A DNA stretch of 64,000 bases from Candidatus Iainarchaeum sp. (GTDB taxonomy: Archaea > Iainarchaeota > Iainarchaeia > Iainarchaeales > JAZDFD01). The stretch spans positions 39,673 to 103,672 of the forward strand of contig JAZDFD010000026.1 in NCBI GenBank assembly GCA_043808155.1, written 5' to 3'. The notes below the pieces were generated by a model. The model made no database searches and was not told the DNA's origin. It was given only the letters and a program-made list of their open reading frames with translations. The first letter of the stretch is position 1. Each line of letters begins with the position of its first letter. Both the position numbers and the translations under genes were made by a program. Shown here piece after piece: positions 20,957 to 29,913 of this stretch.

Positions 20957-21145
20957 TTAGTAATTGCTGTCTCGTGAGGAATAATTTCCTCTTGAAGGTT
21001 TTTTGTGTTTTTGGTAGCATTCTCTACAGTACACAGGTCTTGTTCCGTCAGGCTTGAAAGGGACTTCTGTGTCCTTTCCGCATTCTGAGCAAGTTACTGT
21101 GAATGTTGATCTGCCAAATTGGTCTTTACTCATAATTTTTTTCAC
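20957..21145 (-). CDS. CxxC-x17-CxxC zinc-ribbon protein
   Basis: CSECGKDTEVPFKPDGTRPVYCREC. Confidence 0.9.
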   Translation of the reverse strand: MKKIMSKDQFGRSTFTVTCSECGKDTEVPFKPDGTRPVYCRECYQKHKKPSRGNYSSRDSNY

Positions 21146-21317
21146 GTTTTTTATATTATAATCAATCCCCGTATTGTGAGGAAAGATTAGATATTACTCC
21201 TATAAGGGGTTTATAAAGGTACCTTATGGGTTTTAGCGTAATTACAACTAAAAAGCGCAAGCTTCACCTCAGAATATAACACAGGCATTTAAAAAAAGAA
21301 AATGTAATATTTAAACA

Positions 21318-22241
21318 ATGCCTAAAAAAAAGAAAGATGTACATTTTGGATTTAAAGCGCATACTGGGGGCGAAACTTTTGGATTTTCAGACCGCCCATC
21401 TAAAAAAACTAAAACTGTAATTTTTGAAGAGAGCAAAGGCTGGAAAGGATCAGAAGGACCATATGCTATTGAAGATTTGCCCAGTTCGGATGAGGGGTTA
21501 AGTGAATTTCAAAGAACTCAAAAACAATATATGCTAAATGCTTTAGAAGATGGCAAAAAAATAATGGCAGCAGAAACTATTTTTGATAAAAAAAGAATGA
21601 AACAATATGTTCAAGTTAGTAAAAAACTGGAACTTGCACAGCAAAAATTTCATAGTACTCCGAATTTACAAAATGCAAAAGAATTTTTCAGAGCAACTGC
21701 AGAATATCACAAATTAAGACACAAAGTAATTCGTGAAACTGTTCACAGAGAAGAAAAACCATTAGAAGCCCCTCATTTTGGATCAATGCATTCATTACTT
21801 TTAAAAGAATTAAGAAAAGAAGAAATTGATACAAGTTATGAGGGCGAACCAATGCTATGCAATTGGCAGGATTTTATCGTTAGGAAAATGCTTATAGGCG
21901 AAAAAAGCGCCAAAGTAACAGAAACAGAGTACAAAAGAGCGTATGTTTCCTATTGTATGCTATATGATTCAGCAGTATTTAGTGCACTTGTTGGGCAAAA
22001 AGGCAAACCAGTTAACAATAAACAATTAACATTCAAATCATTAGCAGACAGAGTTTTAATAGGAAATCTAAGTGAAATCCAACTTGATAAAATAATAAAC
22101 TCAGGAAATTTTAGACTTGTTTTTGAATATAATGGTCTTTCGGGCACCCCAACACGAAAAGATATTGAAAAATTTTTAGATAAACATTCTACGTTTTGGA
22201 AACGTCAAAAAATAATCACAGGAAAAGAAAACCCTTTTTAG
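21318..22241 (+). CDS. Hypothetical protein
   Basis: 307-aa ORF starting MPKKKK, with a TATA-like TTTAAA about 28 bp upstream. Confidence 0.65.
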   Translation: MPKKKKDVHFGFKAHTGGETFGFSDRPSKKTKTVIFEESKGWKGSEGPYAIEDLPSSDEGLSEFQRTQKQYMLNALEDGKKIMAAETIFDKKRMKQYVQVSKKLELAQQKFHSTPNLQNAKEFFRATAEYHKLRHKVIRETVHREEKPLEAPHFGSMHSLLLKELRKEEIDTSYEGEPMLCNWQDFIVRKMLIGEKSAKVTETEYKRAYVSYCMLYDSAVFSALVGQKGKPVNNKQLTFKSLADRVLIGNLSEIQLDKIINSGNFRLVFEYNGLSGTPTRKDIEKFLDKHSTFWKRQKIITGKENPF

Positions 22242-22259
22242 AATTAAAAAATAAAAATA

Positions 22260-22523
22260 TCAAATTTTTCTTAACCATTGTAAATATTGTTTGTGGTTGC
22301 CTGCAAACATTATTCGTCTATTGTTATTTTGTTCTTCAAAACAAATTCTGTGTTGCCCTGCTTCAACAACAAAAAAAGGGAATCCGTGTCTCAAATGTCT
22401 TGCAGTTTTTAATGTTTTAAGACTTTGGATTTTTTTCCATATTTTATGTTTTTCTGATTTGTCAAATTTTAAGAAAAATTTATCCCAACCCTCAACAAAT
22501 TCTAAGTTAAACAAGTTAATCAC
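22260..22523 (-). CDS. Putative RelE/ParE-family toxin
   Basis: WDKFFLKFDK...RHLRHGFPFF...HRICF...FAGNHKQY; paralog of 16213-16473. Confidence 0.72.
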   Translation of the reverse strand: MINLFNLEFVEGWDKFFLKFDKSEKHKIWKKIQSLKTLKTARHLRHGFPFFVVEAGQHRICFEEQNNNRRIMFAGNHKQYLQWLRKI

Positions 22524-22787
22524 TTAGAATCCATATTTTTTCTTTACACTTGCTTCGTTAAACACTTTGCGTTTCTTAGATTTGACATCTTTAGAAATTT
22601 TCTGCATTTTTTTCAGAGCAAGTTCATCTTCCAAATCCTTCAAATCTTTAAATACTTTATATTTCTCTCCAAGTTCAAGAATACCAGCTCTAATAATTTC
22701 ACTTTTATTTTTGTACAAACCGCTTTTAGAAAGCCTATCCAATATCACTTCTTGACTTCCTTCAAGTCTAACCAGTGTTTCACTCAA
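22524..22787 (-). CDS. Putative antitoxin (ribbon-helix-helix)
   Basis: SGLYKNKSEIIRAGI RHH motif; abuts the toxin gene. Confidence 0.72.
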   Translation of the reverse strand: MSETLVRLEGSQEVILDRLSKSGLYKNKSEIIRAGILELGEKYKVFKDLKDLEDELALKKMQKISKDVKSKKRKVFNEASVKKKYGF

Positions 22788-22850
22788 AAATAATCACCTA
22801 TCATAATGATATACAAAGAAATATTTAAAGATATCGATTCAAAAATAAAA

Positions 22851-22934
22851 CGCAAGGGACGAGATTCGAACTCGCGCTTCCCGAAGGAAACGGGCTTAGC
22901 AGGCCCGCGCATTAAACCACTCTGCCACCCTTGC
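22851..22934 (-). tRNA. tRNA-Ser(GCT)
   Basis: GCAAGGG/CCCTTGC acceptor, CGGGC-CT-GCT-AA-GCCCG, long variable arm, TTCGAAT T loop, G discriminator. Confidence 0.95.
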
Positions 22935-23070
22935 ACAACCCGATTGCGTACGGGTACTCCGCGTGCCATTTTCAATGGCACTGTCATCATTTCTGATTGC
23001 GTAGATTGGATCCGCAATTCCGCAATGCAATATGTGTGAGTTTTCGTTTGACTCAAACCCACGATAATAT
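22935..23070 (-). repeat. Long hairpin-rich leader of tRNA-Ser containing leader-type hairpins and a core module (23030-23070)
   Basis: ACCCG/CGGGT and GTGCCATT/AATGGCAC hairpins. ATATGTGTG..TTTCGTTTGACTCAA..CACGATAATAT matches the tRNA-Glu intron. Confidence 0.7.
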
Positions 23071-23112
23071 ATCATAAATTAGAGAAACTAATATAAAACG
23101 CGCCTAAGCTTA

Positions 23113-23238
23113 TTACTTCAAAAGTCTGTTTTGTCTGTTATGTGCCTGCTGAGTGTTATGAGGCCATTTAACCTTCGGAATTGCAAACTCTGAACCGCGT
23201 TTCTTTTTCATTCCTGTCCATAAATCACTGAATGCCAT
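23113..23238 (-). CDS. Small hypothetical protein (41 aa)
   Basis: Manual translation MAFSDLWTGMKKKRGSEFAIPKVKWPHNTQQAHNRQNRLLK; TATA-like box upstream. Confidence 0.35.
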   Translation of the reverse strand: MAFSDLWTGMKKKRGSEFAIPKVKWPHNTQQAHNRQNRLLK

Positions 23239-23280
23239 ATTAATATTGTATATTATGATTATTTAAAAATAGCGTGAGAA

Positions 23281-23421
23281 TTACACTGACATCTTTTTTT
23301 TCTTTCGTCCAGAACGAGCTTTTAATTTTTCTTCCCAATCTGGTCCGAGAATTAATGAATTGAAAGGATGCGCAATTGCTTTTGCAAATCTTTTGTGAAT
23401 TGGTTCTCTTGGCTTAGGCAT
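23281..23421 (-). CDS. Small basic hypothetical protein (46 aa)
   Basis: Manual translation MPKPREPIHKRFAKAIAHPFNSLILGPDWEEKLKARSGRKKKKMSV; TATA-like box upstream. Confidence 0.45.
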   Translation of the reverse strand: MPKPREPIHKRFAKAIAHPFNSLILGPDWEEKLKARSGRKKKKMSV

Positions 23422-23479
23422 AATAGAAATTAAGTCATAGATGTATTTAAAACTGTCGTTAAAAAACTAAAAAAAGAAA

Positions 23480-23551
23480 CGCCTTGGCCAGGATTCGGAC
23501 CTGGGACCCTCCGGTTAACAGCCGAATGCTCTACCGCTAAGCTACCAAGGC
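23480..23551 (-). tRNA. tRNA-Asn(GTT)
   Basis: GCCTTGG/CCAAGGC acceptor, TTCGG-CT-GTT-AA-CCGGA; the T loop reads TCCGAAT. Confidence 0.93.
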
Positions 23552-23975
23552 AGAAAAAGTTTACAGAATAATTGTCGGTAAATTATTTAAAAGCACGTGT
23601 TGCATAAGCAATGAAAATATACATTAGAATGCAATGTTAAAACACTCATTCCCCAGACTTATGAAATTCCATCTTTAAACACTGGTTTGCAAATCAAACC
23701 TGAAAAACCATATTCTGCACTTAATAAAGTTAAAAAAGCCCAGATTACGCTTTTTTTCAATTTTTTTACTGGTTAAGGCACTTAACAATATGAATTTTGA
23801 TAGTATTGTGTTATATTGAATTATACATAATAAACAGAGTGTTATAAGTGCTTATTTAGAGCATTTGAGTGTTATAATTCTCCTATACATAAAAAGGAAC
23901 CTATATTAAGGAGTTTAGGGGTTATATATTAGCATAAATTAATTTTATTGATTTATAACGAAGGGGTGAGATTAG

Positions 23976-25100
23976 ATGAAATCAGTTATTGAAAGTGCAA
24001 TGGACAAAGAAACTAAGAAAGAAGAAGATAGACTCGAAGATTTCGGAACTCCAAAGATTATGGTTATTGGAGCCGGTGGGGCAGGATGTAATGCTGTTAA
24101 CAGACTAGCAAATATGGGTATTTCGGGTGCCCAGCTGGTTGGAGTAAACACAGATAAACAACACCTTGCAATAATCAACGATGAGCTAACCAAAATTCTC
24201 ATTGGTAAGGCAGTTACCAGAGGATTAGGTGCAGGGGGCTACCCTGAAATAGGTGCTAAAGCAGCAGAAGTTTCAAGAGCTGCATTAGAGGAAGTTTTAA
24301 GCGACGTTGATATGCTTTTCATTTCAGCAGGTATGGGCGGAGGAACAGGAACAGGTGCAGCACCAATAATTGCAGGAATCGCAAAAGAACAGGGTGCAAT
24401 TGTAATCTCAATTGTTACTTATCCGTTTGCATTAGAAAAAGCAAGATTAATCAAAGCAGAAGAAGGAATTGAAGCATTAAGACAATATTCAGATACTGTT
24501 GTTGTAATTGATAACAACAGATTAGTTGAATTAGTTCCTAACTTGCCAATTCAGGATGCATTCAAAGTTGCAGATGAAGTAATTGCAAGAACTGTAAGGG
24601 GAATTACAGAAACAATTACTCAGCCATCATTAATCAACTTAGATTACGCAGATGTGAGATCAGTTATGAGCAACAGGGGATTAAGTGTAATCGCAGTTGG
24701 TGAATCAAAAAGTGTAGACAAAGTAAACGAAGTTGTTGAAGACACATTGAAGAATGCTTTGCTTGATGTTGACATTGGCGGAGCAACTGGTGCATTAATC
24801 CACATTACAGGCGGACCTGAATTAACTTTAGGTGAAGCAAACGCTGTTGGTGAAATGTTAACAGAAAGAATTGACCCTAAAGCAGCAGTTATCTGGGGTG
24901 CAAGAGTTGACCCAACCTTTGAGAATAAGATTGAAGTAATAACAATCTTCACAGGTGTAAGTTCACCATACATCAAAGGTCCAGCTTCAGACGCTGCAGG
25001 TTCAAGCAAGTCAAGATATGGTTCAAGCTCAAAATACGGTTCACGCAATGACTACGGCTCAAGAAGCAATAGCGACTTAGATTTGGATTTCGTAAGATAA
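23976..25100 (+). CDS. ftsZ: Cell division protein FtsZ (FtsZ2-like N-terminus)
   Basis: GAGGAGCN, GGGTGTG tubulin signature, INLDYAD. Confidence 0.97.
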   Translation: MKSVIESAMDKETKKEEDRLEDFGTPKIMVIGAGGAGCNAVNRLANMGISGAQLVGVNTDKQHLAIINDELTKILIGKAVTRGLGAGGYPEIGAKAAEVSRAALEEVLSDVDMLFISAGMGGGTGTGAAPIIAGIAKEQGAIVISIVTYPFALEKARLIKAEEGIEALRQYSDTVVVIDNNRLVELVPNLPIQDAFKVADEVIARTVRGITETITQPSLINLDYADVRSVMSNRGLSVIAVGESKSVDKVNEVVEDTLKNALLDVDIGGATGALIHITGGPELTLGEANAVGEMLTERIDPKAAVIWGARVDPTFENKIEVITIFTGVSSPYIKGPASDAAGSSKSRYGSSSKYGSRNDYGSRSNSDLDLDFVR

Positions 25101-25140
25101 ATCCAATTCTTCTTTTTCTTTTTTTTATTTATTTTTATTT
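25083..25140 (+). terminator. Hairpin plus T-tract terminator after ftsZ
   Basis: TTGGATTT/AAATCCAA inverted repeat followed by long T runs. Confidence 0.55.
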
Positions 25141-26579
25141 CACAAAAACAGCGGAAGCGCATTTATCAAAAGCAAAAGAACAATAATTGCAAGTGATACA
25201 CGTCGGATTGCTTTATCTGCATCTTCATCTGAAAGATTCAAAAAACCAATGTATGGCAAAACCATTATTTTCAGAATCCTTCCGCCATCAAATGGTTCTA
25301 AGGGTAAGAAATTAACAATTGCAACTAAGAAACTCAAAATGAAAAACCAATTAATGAAACTGTTTAATGGCGAAGCAACTGCTTTGTAAAGTTCAAAATC
25401 CTCAGGCGGAATATAATCTTCGTTTTGTTTATCTTTGATCTGGAAACCAAGATAATTTAATTTTCCTTCAGGTTTGATATTGAATATTTCAGTAGTGCCG
25501 TCTTCTTTTTCCATTGTCAGAGTAAATTCTTCAGTTTTAAAACGAGAAATTATAGTGGCAGCCTGCGTTGCAGAGGAAACCTTCTGCCCATTCACCTCAC
25601 GAAGAAGCATACCTTCTTCTAATTTCCCAAATGCAGGAGCTTTTAAAATATCTCCACAGAAATCAAATTCTTCCTCTACACTGGAAACAACAATTCCTTC
25701 ATAACCTTCGGCCTTAATTTCATTAAGCCAAGGATCAATCATTGGTTTTTGAATTGCAATTAAAAAGACTAATACCAAAACAAGAACTGCAAACATTGTG
25801 AAAAGATTTGCCATTGGACCTGCAGCAAAAACTTTCAGTGCTTTTATTGGTTCTGCTTTTTTCACTTCTTCCTCATCAGGTTCTACAAATGCCCCTATTG
25901 GGAGAATTCCCAAAAGTAAAAGCCCGCCGGATTTTATTTTCAATCCAACACGCCTCAAAACAACTCCGTGCATACCTTCATGTAAAATTAAAATAATCAA
26001 TAACGAAAGCCAGCCGTGCAATGGAACAACAACAGGCATGTTTGGTATTTCAACACCGGGAATTAATGGTGCAACTCCAGGACATACCTGTCCACCAGTT
26101 CCCTGTGCAACATTTGTCATTATATAAATCGCATAACCAAAAAGCGAAAATACAATAAATCCTGCAAAACCAAAAAATGCAAAACTCAGAGACAAATGAA
26201 GTGCATATTCTGAAATAAATGGATTTGAAAGCATCAGTAAAAAGAAATTTTCATAAATAAAATACAAAATACCTGCACTAATCAGAAACAAAGGCAATCT
26301 AATCCAAATTTTCCTGCCTCTGCCATACATATAATCTACAGCAAAAGCACCAAAACCAAAAACTAAGCCAATTCTTGCAAAAGCATCAATCAATCTTCCA
26401 AATACCATGAACTTATCAAGCCAGGGAATAAATTTTGTGGTTTTTATCATTGATGCAATGTAATATGTTTTTGCTTTGCCAGATCGTTTTAGAATATAGG
26501 TAGTTACTAAGCAAAAAATCAAAAACGCAAAAACCCAAAGTATCCACTCGGGAATAATCTGTGTTATATTTTCAAACAT
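25140..26579 (-). CDS. Site-2 protease (M50) membrane metalloprotease with a PDZ-like insert
   Basis: HEGMH, GAFVEPD, AGPMAN, NFLPLEPFDGG. Confidence 0.92.
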   Translation of the reverse strand: MFENITQIIPEWILWVFAFLIFCLVTTYILKRSGKAKTYYIASMIKTTKFIPWLDKFMVFGRLIDAFARIGLVFGFGAFAVDYMYGRGRKIWIRLPLFLISAGILYFIYENFFLLMLSNPFISEYALHLSLSFAFFGFAGFIVFSLFGYAIYIMTNVAQGTGGQVCPGVAPLIPGVEIPNMPVVVPLHGWLSLLIILILHEGMHGVVLRRVGLKIKSGGLLLLGILPIGAFVEPDEEEVKKAEPIKALKVFAAGPMANLFTMFAVLVLVLVFLIAIQKPMIDPWLNEIKAEGYEGIVVSSVEEEFDFCGDILKAPAFGKLEEGMLLREVNGQKVSSATQAATIISRFKTEEFTLTMEKEDGTTEIFNIKPEGKLNYLGFQIKDKQNEDYIPPEDFELYKAVASPLNSFINWFFILSFLVAIVNFLPLEPFDGGRILKIMVLPYIGFLNLSDEDADKAIRRVSLAIIVLLLLINALPLFL

Positions 26580-26654
26580 TTAATCACGCAAATTTCACTG
26601 TTCATTTTGTTGTTTTCATTTTATTAGTTAGATTGTACTATTTAAAGTCGTGTT

Positions 26655-27164
26655 TTATTCGCTTTCCTTTTTACGTTTCATTTTTTTCATCAGCATATCT
26701 TCTAATGTCATTGATTCATTTTCACTGGATGAGTAATCTTCAAAATCCTCGGCTGAAATTGTTTCCATTAATTTAATTTCGAGTATATTTTCTAACTTTT
26801 TAATTAAATTATCACTGGGTTTTAATGAACCTGATTCAAACCTATTAACTTCTGATGCTTTAGTGTATAATAATTTACCGAGTTCCTCAATTGTCATGTT
26901 TCTTTTCTCTCTTGCTTTCCTAATTTTTTGCCCAAAATCCGAAACTAATACATGTTCTGATTCAGGAAATTTTTTCATCTGAATTTGCGGGCGGTATTGC
27001 TGAACCTGTGATTGAGCAAATGATTTTTTTGGTTTAATATTTTCTAAAATTGGTTTTTTGTTGGTTCCATAATTTGAACAATTTTCACATGCAATCAGAT
27101 CTGAACCCTCAAAATTCATTTTGAAAAATCTTCCGCGTTCAGTTCCGCAGATTTCACATTGCAT
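26655..27164 (-). CDS. mbf1: Archaeal multiprotein bridging factor aMBF1
   Basis: N-terminal CEICG...CENC zinc ribbon, an HTH domain and the C-terminal TLED motif. Confidence 0.88.
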   Translation of the reverse strand: MQCEICGTERGRFFKMNFEGSDLIACENCSNYGTNKKPILENIKPKKSFAQSQVQQYRPQIQMKKFPESEHVLVSDFGQKIRKAREKRNMTIEELGKLLYTKASEVNRFESGSLKPSDNLIKKLENILEIKLMETISAEDFEDYSSSENESMTLEDMLMKKMKRKKESE

Positions 27165-27241
27165 AATAGGTTTAAAAAGAATCTTTTTAATAAATTACCT
27201 GTATATTTAGTCATTATACTACACGCTTAAGGGTGTGAATA

Positions 27242-28423
27242 ATGGAAAATTTGCCTTCAAAAATCAACAAAAAAAATGCATTAGATCTCTACGATTATGT
27301 TTTTACATTAGAGGAACAAGTACGCACACTTGAAGAAAAAAACCGAATTTTCAGAAATGAGACAGATTCACTTAGAATGAGATATGACAAATTAATGGCA
27401 GAACATAATGAAATTAAAAAATCACCGTATGTTCTTGGAACTATTAGAGAAATGCTTGGTGATTCTGCAGTTGTCAGAGGTTGGAATAATAACGAACTAA
27501 TTATTGATGTACCTGAAAAACTAAGAGAGGATTTGAACATTGGCACACGAATTGCACTTACTCAAAGAGGCATGGGTATTATGAAAATTTTGCCCAAAAC
27601 AAAAGACCCGAGAGCAAAAGCAATGGAAATTATTGAAAAACCAAAAATCTCATTTAAAAATATTGGCGGTTTGCATAATGAAATTCTGGATTTGCAGGAA
27701 GCAGTAATTCTTCCGTTAACAGAAGGTGAAAGATTTAAAAAATTAGGAATTGAGGCACCTAACGGAATTTTATTGCACGGTGCACCTGGAACAGGAAAAA
27801 CAATGCTTGCAAAAGCACTTGCACATGAAAGTCACGCTACATTCATAAGTTTAATAGGCTCAGAACTCGCAAGAAAATATATTGGTGAAGGTGCAGAATT
27901 AGTAAGAGATGTTTTTGCATTGGCAGAAGAAAAAAAACCTGCAATTATTTTTATTGATGAAATTGATGCAATCGCATCAAGGCGAATAGATGAAGGAACT
28001 TCAGGTGACAGAGAAGTTCAGAGAACAATGATGCAGTTACTGAATGAAATGGACGGGTTTAAAGAAAAAACCGGAATTAAAATTTTATCTGCAACAAACA
28101 GAATTGACGTTCTGGATGCTGCAATTCTAAGACCAGGACGATTTGATAGAATTGTCGAAATACCACTTCCAGAACTTGAAGCACGAAGAGAAATTTTCAA
28201 AATCCACACAAGCAAGATGACACTTGCAAAAGATGTTGATTTAGAAAAATTTGCAAAACTTACTGATGAAATGACTGGTGCGGATATAAAAGCACTATGT
28301 ACAGAAGCAGGAATGTTTGCATTACGCGAAGAAGCAGATGAAATTACAAATACACATTTCACAAAAGCATTAGACAAAGTAAAAAAACTGGTTTTTGAAG
28401 AACCACACCAAATGTTTTCCTAA
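27242..28423 (+). CDS. pan: Proteasome-activating nucleotidase
   Basis: Coiled coil + OB + AAA domain: GAPGTGKT, IFIDEIDAI, GDREVQRTMMQLL, LRPGRFDR. Confidence 0.93.
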   Translation: MENLPSKINKKNALDLYDYVFTLEEQVRTLEEKNRIFRNETDSLRMRYDKLMAEHNEIKKSPYVLGTIREMLGDSAVVRGWNNNELIIDVPEKLREDLNIGTRIALTQRGMGIMKILPKTKDPRAKAMEIIEKPKISFKNIGGLHNEILDLQEAVILPLTEGERFKKLGIEAPNGILLHGAPGTGKTMLAKALAHESHATFISLIGSELARKYIGEGAELVRDVFALAEEKKPAIIFIDEIDAIASRRIDEGTSGDREVQRTMMQLLNEMDGFKEKTGIKILSATNRIDVLDAAILRPGRFDRIVEIPLPELEARREIFKIHTSKMTLAKDVDLEKFAKLTDEMTGADIKALCTEAGMFALREEADEITNTHFTKALDKVKKLVFEEPHQMFS

Positions 28424-28425
28424 TT

Positions 28426-28671
28426 TTAGGTCCAGTCGCGCATGCCTTCTTTTAATTTTTTAGTCCTGTGTTCATCAAACTTTTGAAGTAGTATTTTCTT
28501 TTCTATTTGAATTATGTCAGGAGAGTAGCCTCTTTCGTTGAGATGATTATGAAAAATCCTGCTTGCACCTTTTCTTGAATGACCTAAATCCGCAATCATT
28601 TGCGAAAAAGTAGTTATTGGTATTCCTGCTTTTTCAGCGCGTTGTTTGTGTCTGTAAAATGTATTAGGCAA
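28426..28671 (-). CDS. Small basic hypothetical protein
   Basis: 81-aa ORF with a GGTGA Shine-Dalgarno before TTG and a TATA-like box upstream. Confidence 0.5.
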   Translation of the reverse strand: MPNTFYRHKQRAEKAGIPITTFSQMIADLGHSRKGASRIFHNHLNERGYSPDIIQIEKKILLQKFDEHRTKKLKEGMRDWT

Positions 28672-28719
28672 ATTATCACCAATAAAAATAAGACGTTGAA
28701 GTTTAAAAACATTGCAATT

Positions 28720-28838
28720 GAACAGAAAGAAATTGAGCGAAGAAGGTCAGACCTTCTTCACAGCTAGAGATCGAACTCGGATAAGAATTGGATAGGCTCA
28801 CCAGTCCGAGTTCAAATTGGGCTAAAATTAACCCAATA
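28720..28838 (-). ncRNA. Candidate ~120-nt structured small RNA divergent from fen1
   Basis: Three hairpins; two stem mismatches become G-U pairs on the minus strand; TATA at 28858-28865 and a U-rich 3' end. Confidence 0.45.
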
Positions 28839-28887
28839 TATTATGCGACATTCAGACTATTTAAAGGTTTTGCCGGATAGTGTTAGT

Positions 28888-29913
28888 ATGGGAACTGCAA
28901 TTGGAGAACTGCTTGAAAAAGAAGAATTTTCATTAGAGTATCTGGAAGGAAAACTCGTTGGAGTTGATTCATTTAATATTTTGTATCAGTTTCTTTCCTC
29001 AATAAGAAGTTATGACGGAACTCCTTTAATGGATTCAAAAGGACGCGTAACATCACACATAACAGGACTTCTTTACAGAACAACAAACCTCTTACAAAAA
29101 GGAATAAAACCAATTTTTGTTTTTGACGGCGAACCGCATATACTGAAGGAAGAAACACGCAATGAAAGAAAAAAAATCAGAACAGATGCAAAAGAAAAAT
29201 ATGAACAAGCAAAAGAAGAAGGCGACGCGGAAAAAGCAAAAAAATATGCACAGCAATCCGTACAATTAACTTCTGAAATGATAGAAGAATCAAAAAAACT
29301 TCTTCAGCTGATGGGGCTCCCGGTAATTCAGGCACCAAGTGAAGGCGAAGCACAAGCCTCACACATGGTTGCACAGGGAAAAATTTATGGCTGTGTTTCA
29401 CAGGATTATGATTCATTACTTTTTGGTGCAAAAAGACTTCTCAGAAATGTCACTGTGACAGGAAGAAGAAAACTTCCCGGAAGGAATGTTTACATTGATG
29501 TAAAACCCGAAAAAATTGAACTTGAAAAAACACTTCAGAAATTAGGGATTACAAGAGAAAAATTAATTTGGATTGGAATTTTAGTCGGAACTGATTTCAA
29601 TGAAAAGTTTCCTAAAGTTGGTGCAAAAACAGCAGTTAAATTAGTTCAGGAAAATAATTCATTTGAGGACATAATAAAAGCAACAAATCATACACCTGAT
29701 TTTGATTATAAGGAAATTGAAGAACTTTTTATGAAACCGGAATTCACTGATGATTACAAAATTGAATTCAATTCACCTGACAAAGATGCAATAATAAAAT
29801 TCCTTTGTACAGAACATGATTTTTCAGAAGAAAGAGTTTCAAGTGCGTTAAAAAAAATAGAAACAAAATTAGAAGAAACCGGAACTCAAAGCACACTGGA
29901 TGCTTGGGGTTAA
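28888..29913 (+). CDS. fen: Flap endonuclease 1
   Basis: YQFLSSIR, FVFDG, APSEGEAQ, SQDYDSLLFG, GTDFN and the PIP box QSTLDAW. Confidence 0.96.
   Translation: MGTAIGELLEKEEFSLEYLEGKLVGVDSFNILYQFLSSIRSYDGTPLMDSKGRVTSHITGLLYRTTNLLQKGIKPIFVFDGEPHILKEETRNERKKIRTDAKEKYEQAKEEGDAEKAKKYAQQSVQLTSEMIEESKKLLQLMGLPVIQAPSEGEAQASHMVAQGKIYGCVSQDYDSLLFGAKRLLRNVTVTGRRKLPGRNVYIDVKPEKIELEKTLQKLGITREKLIWIGILVGTDFNEKFPKVGAKTAVKLVQENNSFEDIIKATNHTPDFDYKEIEELFMKPEFTDDYKIEFNSPDKDAIIKFLCTEHDFSEERVSSALKKIETKLEETGTQSTLDAWG

Noticed and set aside
22784-23062. 92-aa and 77-aa ORFs
   Set aside because: They overlap tRNA-Ser and its hairpin leader and have no protein-like features.
15975-23551. Provirus or autonomous integrative element between the tRNAs
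   Set aside because: No integrase, transposase, capsid or replication gene is recognisable, and no distal tRNA-end duplicate was noticed beyond the local one at 16937.
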